This document shows positions 25,350 to 37,560 of a stretch of 64,000 nucleotides of DNA, in pieces. Source of the DNA: Octopus vulgaris (Eukaryota); NCBI GenBank assembly GCA_951406725.2, contig OX597814.1, positions 111,104,001-111,168,000 of the forward strand, written 5' to 3'. Positions within the stretch are counted from its first letter, which is position 1. Every line of letters begins with the position of its first letter. The notes below the pieces were generated by a model. It was not told where the DNA came from. It saw only the letters and a list, made by a program, of their open reading frames with translations, and did not search any database. The translations under genes were made by a program, and so were the position numbers.

Positions 25350-25784
25350 TATCAGTTGAAGAAAGTTAAAACATGGTCTGGTTTTCATGTTTTTTATTAT
25401 AGCATTTTAACATTTAAAAAAATACATATCTTGTAATGCTCATAAAGTTAAATTAGCACTTTCATACATAGAGTAATCATCGGATTTCAAATGTGTTTAA
25501 CTGACAATTGAGTTCTTGACAATTTTAGTACCTCATAGAATGCTCCGAAATGCAGCTTCAAACCGTATTGTAAAAATTCAGCTTGTTGGAGGATTCTAAG
25601 TGGTACTAAAGTTGTCAAGAACTCAATTGTCAGTTAAACACATTTGAAATCTGATGATTACTCTATGTATGAAAGTGCTAATTTAACTTTATGAGCATTA
25701 CAAGATATGTATTTTTTTTAATGTTAACATGCTATAATAAAAAACGTGAAAACCAGACCATGTTTTAACTTTATTCAACTGATA
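25350..25784. repeat. 435-bp fold-back with about 190-bp arms, carrying a hammerhead-like motif
   Basis: TATCAGTTGAA.AAAGTTAAAACATGGTCTGG...TTTAGTACC pairs with GGTACTAAA...CCAGACCATGTTTTAACTTT.TTCAACTGATA. Confidence 0.95.
25644..25686 (+). ncRNA. Minimal hammerhead-ribozyme-like motif
   Basis: AAAT-CTGATGA-tTACtctatGTAt-GAAA-GTGC-TA-ATTT. The mirror copy in the left arm reads CCGATGA. Confidence 0.45.
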
Positions 25785-26565
25785 CATAGGTGCAGGAGTG
25801 GCTGAGCGGTAAATAGCTTGCTTACCAACCACATGGACATGGGTTCAGTCCCACTGCGTGGCACCTTGGGCAAGTGTCTTCTACTATAGCTTCGGACCAC
25901 CCAAAGCCTTGTGAGTGGATTTGGTAGATGGAAACTGGAAGAAGACTGTCGTATATGTATGTGTGTGTGTGTGTGCACGAGACCATTGATTGAAAGTACT
26001 TTTTTGTTCATGCTCTCAAGGGTCAGACAGAATTCATTCAGACAGATTTTATACTGCTGGATGCTCTTCCTGCTTCTGACCCCAACCTGCTTCCATGCAA
26101 AGTAATTTTTCCCCAAAGCTAGACTTGTTTTCAGGAAAGAATGCAAACGAACGACAGTGATTTTATCAACTCAAGAAGGATGAAAGACGAAGTTGTCCTT
26201 GATGAGATTTGAACTCAAAGCTCAAGAAATCTAAGCAAAGCATTACTACCCAAAACAGTAATGACTCTGCTAAGTCACCACTTGAATCATTTGAAGACAG
26301 AGAACATTAACCTGATAGTTCAGCTTTACCTTAATGAAAACAGTCATTAGTCTAAAGTCACAGGTGAGTTATTAAACCTTTCAAGAGTATCCACTTGTGA
26401 AAACGCTTTGGTAAATCGTATTTAAATGTTTTGTAATAGAAAAAACAATCATGATAGCATGGACGAATGACAAATATGTTTGTGGGGATATGTGTGTGGC
26501 TGTGTAAGCACATATATGTATGTGTATGTGTAAGCATGTATATACGTGTGTGTGTAAGCATATGT

Positions 26566-26620
<55 letters not shown>

Positions 26621-26644
26621 TGTGTGTACATAAGTGTGTATGTA

Positions 26645-27144
26645 TGAGGATGAGTCAAAAAGTAATGCCATTTTGTTTAGGACAGGTATAATTACCAACA
26701 CAGGAACATGTATCATACATCAAAATGAAGCTGGTCCTCTGTGGGGTCACATCCCTACTTCTCAACATAGTCACCATTTCTCTCAATAGCAATGTTCCAC
26801 CTTCGAATGAGAGCATGTATCCCTACCCCGTAAAATTCTGTTGACTGTTCTTTGAGCCACTTCTTCACTACAGTTTTCACTTCCTCGTTACTGGACTAAC
26901 ATCTCTTTGGCCCCATGAAAGAGGGTTTGAGAGACAAACATTATTCCAGTAACGAGGAACTGAAAACTGTAGTGAAGAAGTGGCTCAAGGAACAGTCAAC
27001 AGAATTTTATGGGGAAAAGATACATGCTCTCATTCAAAGGTGGAACATTGCTATTGAGAGAAATGGTGACTATGTTGAGAAGTAGGGATGTGACCCCACA
27101 GAGGACCAGCTTCATTTTGATGTATGATACATGTTCCTGTGTTG
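26645..27144. mobile_element. Mariner-derived palindromic MITE (two inverted copies of a mariner 3' end)
   Basis: TA + TGAGGATGAGTCAAAAAGTAATG TIR; 26696-26895 is inverted at 26945-27144. The plus arm encodes LFGPMKEGLRDKHYSSNEELKTVVKKWLKEQSTEFY...RWNIAIERNGDYVEK*. Confidence 0.9.
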
Positions 27145-27729
27145 ATACATGTTCCTTCTTGTTGACAACTCTTATCTGCATCCAAGCAAAGTAATATTTC
27201 TCCAAATCCTTCAAACAAGAATATCACAACAGCTTGATTTCATGGAGGATTACAAACAAATGACACTGCTTTTATATGAACAGGTTTGTTGGTTTACAAT
27301 TAGTGTATGATGTCAAGGCAAGGAAATACACACACTATACACGAAAATGGACAATACACATCATTACCACCATCATCATTATCATAACCATTTAATGTCT
27401 GTTTTCCATGCTGGTATAGGTTGTATGGCTTAACAGGAGTTGGCAAGCTGGAGGGCAGCACCAGGCTCCAATTGTCTCTTTTGGCATGGTTTCTATGGCC
27501 AGATGGCCTTCCTAATGCCAACCACTTTACAGAGTATGTTGGGTGCTTTTAATGTGCTACCTGGTACAGATGCATTTATGTATACATACTATCCATAAAT
27601 ACAGGTATATGATATATGATACGATACGATATATATGATATGATATATGATATATGACATATGATATGATATATGATATGATATGATATACATGCATTTA
27701 TCTATCTATATATATATATATATATATAT

Positions 27730-30507
27730 CATCATCATCGTTTAACGTCCGCTTTCCGCGCTAGCACGGGTTGGACGGTTCGACCGGGGTCTGGGAAGCC
27801 AGGGGCTGCACCAGGCACCAGTCTGATCTGGCAGGGTTTCTACAGCTGGATGCCCTTCCTAACGCCAATCACTCCACGAGTGTAGTGGGTGCTTTTTACG
27901 TGCCACCTGCACAGGTGCCAGGGGGGTCCAGCATCGGCCACGATCGGTTGGAGCTTTTAACGTGCCACCAGCACGGAAGCCAGCTAAGGCGGAGCTGGCA
28001 ACGGCCACGTTCGGATGGTGCTTTTTATGTGCCACCAGCACAGAAGCCAGTCGGGGCGGCGCTGGCATCGGCCACGTTCGGATGATGCTTTTTATGTGCC
28101 ACTGGCACAGGAGCCAGTCGGGGCGGCGCTGGCATCGGCCACTTTCGGATGGTGCTTTTTATGTGCCACAGGCACAGGAGCCAGTCGGGGCGGAGCTGGC
28201 ATCGGCCACGTTCGGATGGTGCTTTTTATGTGCCACCGGCACAGGAGCCAGTCGGGGCAGTACTAGCATCGGCCACGTTCGTATGGTGTTTTTATGTGCC
28301 ACCGGCACAGAAGCCAGTCGGGGCGTCGCTGGTATCGGCCACGTTCAGATGGTGCTTTTTATGTGCCACCGGCACAGGAGCCAGTCGGGGCGGCGCTGGC
28401 ATCGGCCACGTTCGGATGGTGCTCTTTATGTGCCACCGGCACAGAAGCCAGTCGGGGCGGCGCTGGTATCGGCCACGTTCGGATGGTGCTTTTTATGTCC
28501 CACCAGCACAGAAGCCTGTCAGAGCGGCGCTGGCATCGGCCACGTTCGGATGGTGCTTTTTATGTGCCACCGGCACAGAAGCCAGTCGAGGTGGCGCTGG
28601 CAACGGCCACGTCCGGATGGTGCTTTTTATGTGCCACCGGCACAGGTATCACAACTACTATTTCCATTGATATTTATATTTATTTCGATGTTCATGTTCA
28701 TGTACTTGACTCAACAGGTCTCCTCAAGCACAGCGAGATGTTCCGGGATCCAGGGTACTTTGAATGGGCAGGGGGCTATGCAGAACTGGTGCAGGAAGCA
28801 GCCCAGGTCTTTGCAGTCACAGCATATCTCCAGAGATCTCGGTCCTTCGCCATTGCCTCAGTGACACTTCTTCACACATCTCTCCTCATCCATCCGCAGT
28901 ACATGACCATACCATCGCAAGCGTCGCTCTTGCACACCACATCTGATGCTTCTTATGTCCAGCATTTCTCTCAGGGTGCTTACACTCTGTCGTGCGTGCA
29001 CACTGACATTACACATCCAGCGGATCATGCTAGCTTCATTTCTTTCAAGTCTACGCATGTCCTCTGCAGTCACAGCCCATGTTTCACTACCGTGAAGCAT
29101 GGCAGTTCGCACACATGCATCATACAATCTACCTTTCACTCTGAGCGAGAGACCCTTTGTCGCCAGTAGGGGTAGGAGCTTTCTGAACTTTGCCCAGGCT
29201 ATTCGTATTCTAGTAGTGATACTCTCTGAGCATCCACCTCCACTACTAACTTGGTCACCCTGGTAGCGGAAACTATCAACTACTTCTAGTTTCTCCCCCT
29301 GGAGTGTGATGGAATCTGTTTTCTGAGTGTCTGTGGTGTCTATTGTCCCTGTGCATCTGCCGCACATGAAAGCTATCTTATCAGTTAATTTCCCTTTGAT
29401 GTTGCTGCACCTCTTATGCGTCCATAGCTTACATTGGGTGCATCTTATGGAGTTTCTACCTATACCTTTCCTACAGATCGAGCAGGGCCACCTGCCCGAG
29501 GGTGTGTGTGCTGAGTTCGCCTTTCTGCTTACTATAACTTTGGTCTTTGCTACATTTACTCTAAGGCCCTTTGATTCTAACCCTTGCTTCCACACCTGAA
29601 ATTTCTTTTCTAGTTCCGGTAGTGATTCTGCTATGAGAGCCAGATCATCAGCATAGAGGAGCTCCCAGGGGCATCCTGTTTTGAATTCCTCTGTTATTGC
29701 CTGGAGACTATGATGAATAAAAGGAGATTGAGGGCTGAGCCTTGGTGTACACCTACTTCTACCCGGAATTCTTCACTATATTCGTTGCCAATCCTAATCT
29801 TGCTGACAGCCTCTCTGTATAGAGCCTGTACAGCCCTTATTAGCCATTCATCAATTTCCAGTTTCCGCATCGACCACCAGATAAGGGATCGGGGAACCCT
29901 GTCAAAGGCTTTCTCCAAGTCTACAAAAGCTATGTAGAGGGGTTTATATTTAGCTAGGTGTTTCTCCTGCAGTTGTCGGACCAGGAATATAGCATCAGTG
30001 GTGCTTCTACCTGGCACAAAACCGAACTGCATCTCATCTAAGCAAATTCTCTCCCTAATGAGATGGGTTATGACCCTCTCTGTGACCTTCATCACCTGAT
30101 CTAGCAGTTTAATACCCCTGTAGTTATTTCTATCTAGAGCATCACCCTTACCCTTGTAGCAGTTGACTATGGTGCTGCTACGCCAGTCATTGGGTATGAC
30201 TCCATTGTGAACTACCTGGTTTACAATGCGGGTGACTAGGCCATAGCCCACATAGCCAGCTGTTTTAAGCATCCCAGCAGTGATTCCTGATGGGCCGGGG
30301 GCTTTACCTGTTTTCATATCCTTAATTGCCTTAACTACAAGGGAGCTATCTATTCGGATAGCTGGTCCCTCTACTGGGTCAACATTTGGCAGGCTCTCCT
30401 CCTCCCATTCATTCTCCTCATTCAGCAGTCTTTCATAATGGCTTCTCCAAGCCTCTTTCTTTTCACCAACATTAAAAGCAAGTGCCCCATCATCCATGCG
30501 GACAAAA
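27730..30507 (-). mobile_element. 5'-truncated RTE-clade LINE (RT, PHD-like finger, 3' UTR array, (GAT)n tail)
   Basis: KTGKAPGPSG, NYRGIKLL, QFGFVPGRSTTDAIF, FVDLEKAFDRVPR, GVHQGS, LLYADDL, LRWYGHV. One frameshift near 29700 and a C-terminal deletion near 28860. Confidence 0.97.
27886..28646. repeat. 67-bp tandem array (about 11 units) in the RTE 3' UTR
   Basis: Unit GGTGCTTTTTATGTGCCACCGGCACAGGAGCCAGTCGGGGCGGCGCTGGCATCGGCCACGTTCGGAT; the CTTTTT marker falls at 28021, 28088, 28155, 28222...28623. Confidence 0.95.
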
Positions 30508-30957
30508 ATACAGATATATGACATGATATGATACGATATGATATCATATATTATATGATATGATATATGATATGATATAAATGTATTTATGTATACACAC
30601 ACATATATATGTATAAATACAGATATACAATATGATATGATACAATACGATACGATATGATGTATGATATGATATGATATGATATAATATATAATATATG
30701 ATACAATATGATATAATATGATATACATGCATGCATGCAGGCATTCATACACATACACACATACACAAACATACATGTATATATATGGGTTTCTTTCAGC
30801 TTCTATCTACTAGATCTACTCACAAGGCTTTGGTCAGCCAGATGTCATAGGAGAGATTTGTCTACAATGCCATGCAGTGTGACTAAACCTGAAACTATTT
30901 GGCTGGAAAGTGACCCCCTTAACCACTCCACACCACACCTACACATACATATATATG

Positions 30958-31004
<47 letters not shown>

Positions 31005-31633
31005 GCATACATACATATATATCTATATATCCCGTCCAACCCGTGCTAGCACGGAAAACGGACATTAAATGATGATGATGATGATATATATATATGGCTC
31101 TGTGTGTGTGTGAATATAAAAAACTAATACAAAAATATATCAATTCTATCAGCATCCACTTTTCTTTGTTTGCATGGATCAGACAGAGTTGATTGAGGTG
31201 GATTTTCAATGGCTGGATGCTCTTCCTATCACCAACTCTCAATTGTTTCCAAGTAAAATAATATTTCCTCGTGAACAGACATGGTTTTCACAGAAGACTA
31301 GAAATGAACTCCACTGCCTACATGATGGTGATGCTCATTTAGAACCTTCACGTGATGTCAAGACAAAATTACACACACACATAAAAATATATGTAATGAG
31401 CTTCTTTCAGTTTCCATCTACCAAATTCATTCACAAGGCTTTTGTTAGCCCCCAAGGTTGTGGTGGAAGAAAGCCACCAACCTTAAGTACCATGTAGTGG
31501 TACTGAACTTGAGTCCACATGGTTGGAAAGCAAACTTCTCAACTATACATCTACACCTGTATATATAAAACATGTTATGTGTAATGCTAAGGTGATGGAC
31601 TACTGCTGTGCTAGTTACACATATATATGCATA

Positions 31634-32021
31634 CAGTAAACCCTCACAGTGCGAGTGCCCCATTGTACAAGTAATTTGCTGTACAAGCTGAGACTCATGT
31701 GAATTTTTATCTTGAAGTACGAGTGGAAACCTGCAGTACAAGCACACAAATTGTTTCATTTTTAAGGTAATTCAGTTAATAAAACCAGTTTACATATTTC
31801 TTTTGCATTCTCTTTTTTTTTATAATTGTCATTTTACTTGTAACTTCACCTTTTCTGTTTTAAAACCCATATAAAATCATTTTTGAGTGGTTTTGGCAGG
31901 GTGGAATGGATATATTATATTTTGGTTAATTCCAGTGGGGAAAACTGATTTGTAAAACGAGTAAATTGTAAAACAAGCTCGGTCACAGAACGAATTAAAC
32001 TTGTACTGTGAGGCATCACTG
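31634..32021. mobile_element. pogo/Tigger-like MITE
   Basis: TA|CAGTAAACCCTCACAGTGCGAGT ... ACTTGTACTGTGAGGCATCACTG|TA; imperfect TIRs with TA TSD. Confidence 0.7.
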
Positions 32022-32413
32022 TATATGCATGAGAAGCCATTGTATTGTGTAAGGTAGATAACTATGTTTGTTCCAGTTTACTTCGTTCACAAATTCAGCT
32101 ATCGTAGCTACTTCACAACAACCCAGAAATAATTGCATACCTTTAAAAACAATTGCCTATTAAAACATATTCTCACCATGCAATTGTAGAAAAATAAATA
32201 AAGTGGGTGTTATATAAACATGCATTCATGCATATAAACAAATATATATTTGCATACATACATGAATACATACATACCATCACACATTCATAGTTATATA
32301 TATGAGTGTGTGCATGTGTGTATACATTATTTTAGAGTTGCAAGTGAGTACAGCCAACTGTGAAATTGATTACACAAGAAAACTTTTAAACGACCAAATA
32401 CAATTATATATAT

Positions 32414-33240
32414 AAGCGCAGGAGTAGCTGTGTGGTAAGTAGCTTGCTTCCCAGCCACATGGTTCCGGGTTCAGTCCCACTGCATGACACCTTAGACAAA
32501 TGTTTTCTACTATAGCCTCGAGCTGACCAAAGCCTTATGAGTGGATTTGGTAGGCGGAAACTGAAAGAAGTCCGTCGTATAGATACACAGACACACGAAC
32601 ACAGACACACAAACTCTTGAGAGTCAGCGGCCATCCAATAAATGTCTTAAGGATGTATCATGCGCGGGGACATAGAAATAATCCCACTGAATACCTGATC
32701 GCGCGGTTAAACCATTGGGAGTGAAGGACTCCTCGCCTTTGTTAGGGCATCCTTCTAGGAGAAGGTAACTCAGGTAACTGGGATAACTCTGACATAAAAC
32801 CTGCAGCTCAGTGGTTACCGATGATGTTGACTTGTTCTTCTTTTCGGATTATGGCTGCTGTTGCTTAGTGAGTGGGATTGACTCAGTGCACAGCCTTTCC
32901 TCACTTTCAAAAAAATCTTCTTGCACAGGCATTGCACGATAACAACATTGGTTAAGCTTCATGCAATGGCCATACTCGATAACAAGGTGGCAGCCACCAT
33001 GTATGTATGTATGTATATGTTTGTGTGTATATGTTTGTGTGTCTGCGTTTTTCCCCCCAACATCGCGTGGCAACAGATGCTGGAGTGTTTACATCCCTGT
33101 AACTTAGCAGTTCAGCAAAAGAAATCAATAGACTAAGTACTAGACTTACAAAGAATAAGTCCTGGGGTCGATTTGCTTGATTAAAGGTGGTGCTCCAGCA
33201 TGGCCACAGTCAAATGACTGAAACAAATAAAAGAATAACA
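32414..33240 (+). mobile_element. SINE family A split by a foreign insert of about 390 bp (32612-33000)
   Basis: Head at 32414-32610 and tail at 33001-33240 flank unrelated CpG-containing sequence. Confidence 0.8.
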
Positions 33241-33382
33241 GAATATATATATGATGATGGTGATTATATATATATATATATACACACACACATACATACA
33301 CCTCTACTATATACTATATAATCATACAATCATACGCTTATACATATATGTGTATGTGCGCATGCATGAGTGTGTTATTGTG

Positions 33383-33413
<31 letters not shown>

Positions 33414-33450
33414 TCGCACACATATAGATATACATTTATGTATATACATA

Positions 33451-34737
33451 TCAGGTCATCCCATAAGTTCTGTCCGAATTTTGAATAAAGAAAACAAGCG
33501 ATCAAATGATATATATAATAGAAATTTAATCATCAAAGTACTATCCCTGATTATCTATGACTTCCTTCCATCTAGTTACAAGCTTTTTAATCCCATCAAT
33601 GTAAAACTCTTTTGGTTTCAAAGCAAAGAATTCTGAAATGTCAGTTTTGACCTCCTGGCTTGCGAAAGTTATGTCCCCCAAATGATTCTGTAAACTATGA
33701 AACAAATGGTAGTCTGAAGGAGCAAGGTCGGGAGAATAAGGTGGATGAGGAATTTTTTCCCAACCAAACTCTTCGATCTTCTGTGATATGATCTTTGCAG
33801 TGTGGGGTCGCACATTGTCCTGATGAAACATCACTCCTATTCAATTCACTAAAACGGGTCTTTTTTTCCTTCAAAGCTTGGTTCAAACACTCTAATTGCT
33901 GACAGCAGACTTGAGCATTGATTTTTGCATTAGGTGGTAATAATCCAAAGTGAATTACTCCTTTGCAATCTCACCAGATAGAGAGAAGGCCCTTTTTTTC
34001 CATGAAGTTCTCTTCTCAGTTGTGGTTGAGCTTTTTCCCTTTTAACAAGCCACTGTTTACGATGTTTAACATTTTGATAGAAGATCCAATTTTTGTAACC
34101 AGTCACAAGTCTATCCAAAAAGGGTGAAATGAGTTCACGAGAATGGAGAGAAGAGCAAATGTCAACTCAGGATTTGCCGTTGCTTTCAGACAGTTTATGA
34201 GGCACCCATTTTCCAAGTTTAGGAACCTTTCCAAGTTGCTGAAGAGGACAATGCACAATTGTATGGTTTGAACTAAGCTTTATTGCCAATTCTTCAACTG
34301 GTAATACAGGACTTTCTTCAAGCAATGCCTCAAGGAGCTTATCATCAAACTCAACTGGACGTCCTGTTCGATCTTCATCTTCAAGGCTGAAATCTCCAAT
34401 TCTGAATTTTGCAAACCATCTTCTGCAAGTTCTTTCATTCAAGCATTCTTTCCCATAAACTGAGTGTATGTTTCGAGTCACCTCGGGTGCAGAGTTTCCT
34501 TTTTTGTACTCATAAAGCATTATGTGCCTCAAATGCTCTTTGGATACTTCCATGTTAGAAAGGGTTTTAATCAAAGAAATTTTAATTCTATTATTCTGTA
34601 AAATGATATTTAATTAGTTTAAATGTACACAAATGCATAAAAATAATTTTTAATTCCATTAGACATTGTAAAATGCTATTAAATTTCATTCAATTTTGAA
34701 AAAGGTAAAATCGGTCAGAACTTATGGGGTGACCTGA
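33451..34737 (-). mobile_element. Full-length mariner (Hsmar1/SETMAR-like), frameshifted DD34D transposase
   Basis: TA TSDs; TIRs TCAGGTCATCCCATAAGTTCTGTCCGA and TCGGTCAGAACTTATGGGGTGACCTGA; HTH (WFAKFR..DFSLEDEDRTGRP), WVPHKL, HQDNVRPH, HPPYSPDLAPSDYHLF; 1287 bp. Confidence 0.97.
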
Positions 34738-34859
34738 TAGATATAAATGTGTGCACACCCACATGCACACATACACACATTTAGTGTTAAAACTATGATG
34801 TTGTGTTAGAACTGTGATGCTACATGGTAGTAAGACATGGATCTTGAATGCAGGGAACT

Positions 34860-35190
34860 TAAGAAAACTGGAAAGAAATGAAGGGAGTTTGTTCTGTTGG
34901 ACGTGTAATGAAAGTGTGTTTGGACAGCAAAATATAAATGTAATTAGAGGAAAACTGGGCCCAAGTGGAATTAGATGTAATGTATAAGAAAGAAGGTTGC
35001 ACTGATATGAAGATGTGAGAGATAACGGTATAATGAAGTACTAATTAATATGAATGGAACTTCTGGAAGAGCAAGCCCCAGGAAGACATGGAATGAAGCT
35101 GCAAAGCCTGATCTCAGGACCTTGTAACTTACAGAGATGACAAAAGACTAGGATGATTGGTGATACACAGGATTGGAGAAAACCTGCTTA
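34860..35190 (+). mobile_element. Degraded RTE C-terminal fragment
   Basis: GGAAGAGCAAGCCCCAGGAAGACATGGAATGAAG (GR..PRKTW) region homologous to the RTE at 59900-60130. Confidence 0.6.
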
Positions 35191-36059
35191 TCTTGACAAA
35201 ACTGATTCAGGGAAGTACAATGTACATGTGGCCAAATGAGGCCCCTCATTTATTTCCTTCCAAACCCTTCACCATCACCCATTATCTCTCTATTATGAAT
35301 CCCTCCTCACTGCCGACATGAAATATTCTGCAACTGTAATTCTATGAAAGTGTGTGTGTGTGTGTACACTTACGTAAGTGCGTGCGTTTAAGCAACACCA
35401 TCGATCATTGTCTGGTACTTTATTCTATTGCCCTCAGGGGAACGAAAGGCAAAATCGACCTCGCTGGAATTTGAATTCCAGACGTAGAGAACCTGGAAAA
35501 TACTGCACTGCATTTTTTAAACTAATAATTCAGCCTGCTGGACACCTTGAGGTTTCATAATATCGACTCCAGACGCTTTTTCTAAAAATCAAGCCTCCTT
35601 GAGTTTCCTCCCTTGTATTAAAATTGTCAGGAAACTCGTTTTAAGTTAATTTCCTAAAATCGAACAACTCCGTGTGTCTTTAGAAGAGAATTCTAACGTC
35701 TTACACATGAGACATGAGAGGAGACGGGGTGAAAATGATGTAAATGATGCTAAATGGTATAAGAAAGCTGTGGGACGGTGAAATGTCAAAGAAGGGGGAA
35801 TAGCAGTAAGAAGGTCGGTGAGAAACAGCAATGGAGAAAAAAACAGAGAGGAGAAAGAAGATAAATACATATCAAAAGGTTGTGAGTACACACACAGATA
35901 GATACATACATGCATATACATATTCATATGTATCAATACACAGATATATAGATAGATACATAGAAAGATACATACATAAACTTAGATAAACCTAGATATG
36001 TTTTGACCAAAGATTGGTCCAGGCCATGTCTAACTTAATAGCACCACCTGATAGGATTA

Positions 36060-36497
36060 TCTAAATCCTGTTTAAGTCAAGGTTTGTTTATGGTCCATTC
36101 AAGTAGTGAGTTGTATCCAGGTATGGGTGGCTTATCCGGTATTCCTTGAAGAAATCTGTCCAGACTCCATTTAAAGGTAATGGGATCCTTTTCCTCTTTG
36201 ATCTCTTTCGGGACAATGTTAAACAGGGCAGGACCTGTTGAAGAAAAGAAATTATGTTGCAGTGTACCTATATGCTGTGATCCTGAATTGGGCAGGGGAC
36301 GTATGGCCCGTGGTCCCAGCCTTGGATGAACCTTGAAACTAATGTTCAGGTCGTTTGGGCAATGCTGGCAGTATATTCTCCACATCGTACAAATGATGTA
36401 CCGCTCGCGTCGGCGCTGGAGAGAGCAGAGTTTCAAGGCTTTAAGGCGGACCCAGTAATCAAGATAAGTCATGCCTTCAATTTGTTTAGTGAGTGCC
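36060..36497 (-). mobile_element. CR1/Crack-like LINE C-terminal fragment
   Basis: TKQIEGM..LDYWVRLKALKLCSLQRRRERY...GPALFNIVPKEIK...FK.SLDRFLQGIPDKP. Confidence 0.85.
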
Positions 36498-36569
36498 ATA
36501 CATACATACATACATACATACATACATACAGATATAGATAGATATAGTCAAACATAGATACATATATAT

Positions 36570-37145
36570 ATTGGTCATGTGATGTGGATGGATGCCGACA
36601 GCTCCATGAAGAAATGCTGATCCCTTGAAGTAGATGGAACACATAGAAGTGGGAGACTCAGAAAGACATGGGACGAAGCACTGAAGAATGACCTCAGGAA
36701 GTGGAACCTTTCAGATAAGACGATAAAGGACCGAAACGCCTGGTGTCTTGCTGTACTCAAGAAGACCTGTACACCGCAGCAGAATTGTTAAGACCAGTTC
36801 CACTGGTGGTGCAGATTAAACTGCTAGAGCCCTGTGTCAATGCCACATAAAAAGTGCTTGTAGCAGTGCTATGTAAAAGCACTCATGCAATGTCACATAA
36901 AAGCAGCTATGCGGTGCCACATAAAACACCTGTGCGGTGCGACATAAAAACGCCTGTGAGGTGCCACATAGAAGCAGCCAGTACACTGTGTAATGTGGTT
37001 GGTGTTAGGAAGGGCATCCAGCTGTAGAAACTATGCCAAATCAGACTAGAGTCTGGTACAGCTTTCCGGCTTGCTAGCCCTGGTGAAACCATCCAACCAA
37101 GGCTAGCATGGACAATGGACGTTAAATGATGATGATGATGATGAT
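36570..37145 (+). mobile_element. RTE 3' end with short GTGCCACATAAAA tandem units
   Basis: GHV..MD...RKTWDEALKNDL coding remnant followed by the GGAAGGGCATCCAGCTGTAGAAAC tail and (GAT)n. Confidence 0.8.
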
Positions 37146-37529
37146 ATATATATGTGTGTGTGTGTGTGGTTGGCCTATTGAGGGCAGGAGGCCCCTCTCT
37201 TGTCACAATATCTCTGTAAGGAGAGGGAGACTCTGAGAGAAAACCTGTGACAATGACAATATTTGATGACGTAGACTAGTTCTTCTTCTTTTTGAGTTTA
37301 TATTGACCGTGTTCAGAGAGTGGGACTGGATTTGTGCAAAACCTTTCCCCACTATAAAAATTCATCATGTTCAGACATCACTTGAAAGAAATGTAAGACA
37401 TATCACAAAAATGGATGGTCATAATCTTTGCATGTGTGGGACTTTTGATCAGATAATGGTAATACTTGAACACAAATTTGCAGCCATCATGCATGTATGT
37501 ATTTATGTATGTGCACATGCATGCACACG

Positions 37530-37560
<31 letters not shown>

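Noticed and set aside
27886-28646. CRISPR-like periodic array with palindromic units
   Set aside because: The units are fully repeated with no unique spacers, there are no cas genes, and the context is a eukaryotic LINE 3' UTR.
27962-29169. 300-aa and 291-aa plus-strand ORFs
   Set aside because: Antisense read-through of the GC-rich 67-bp array and RTE coding sequence.
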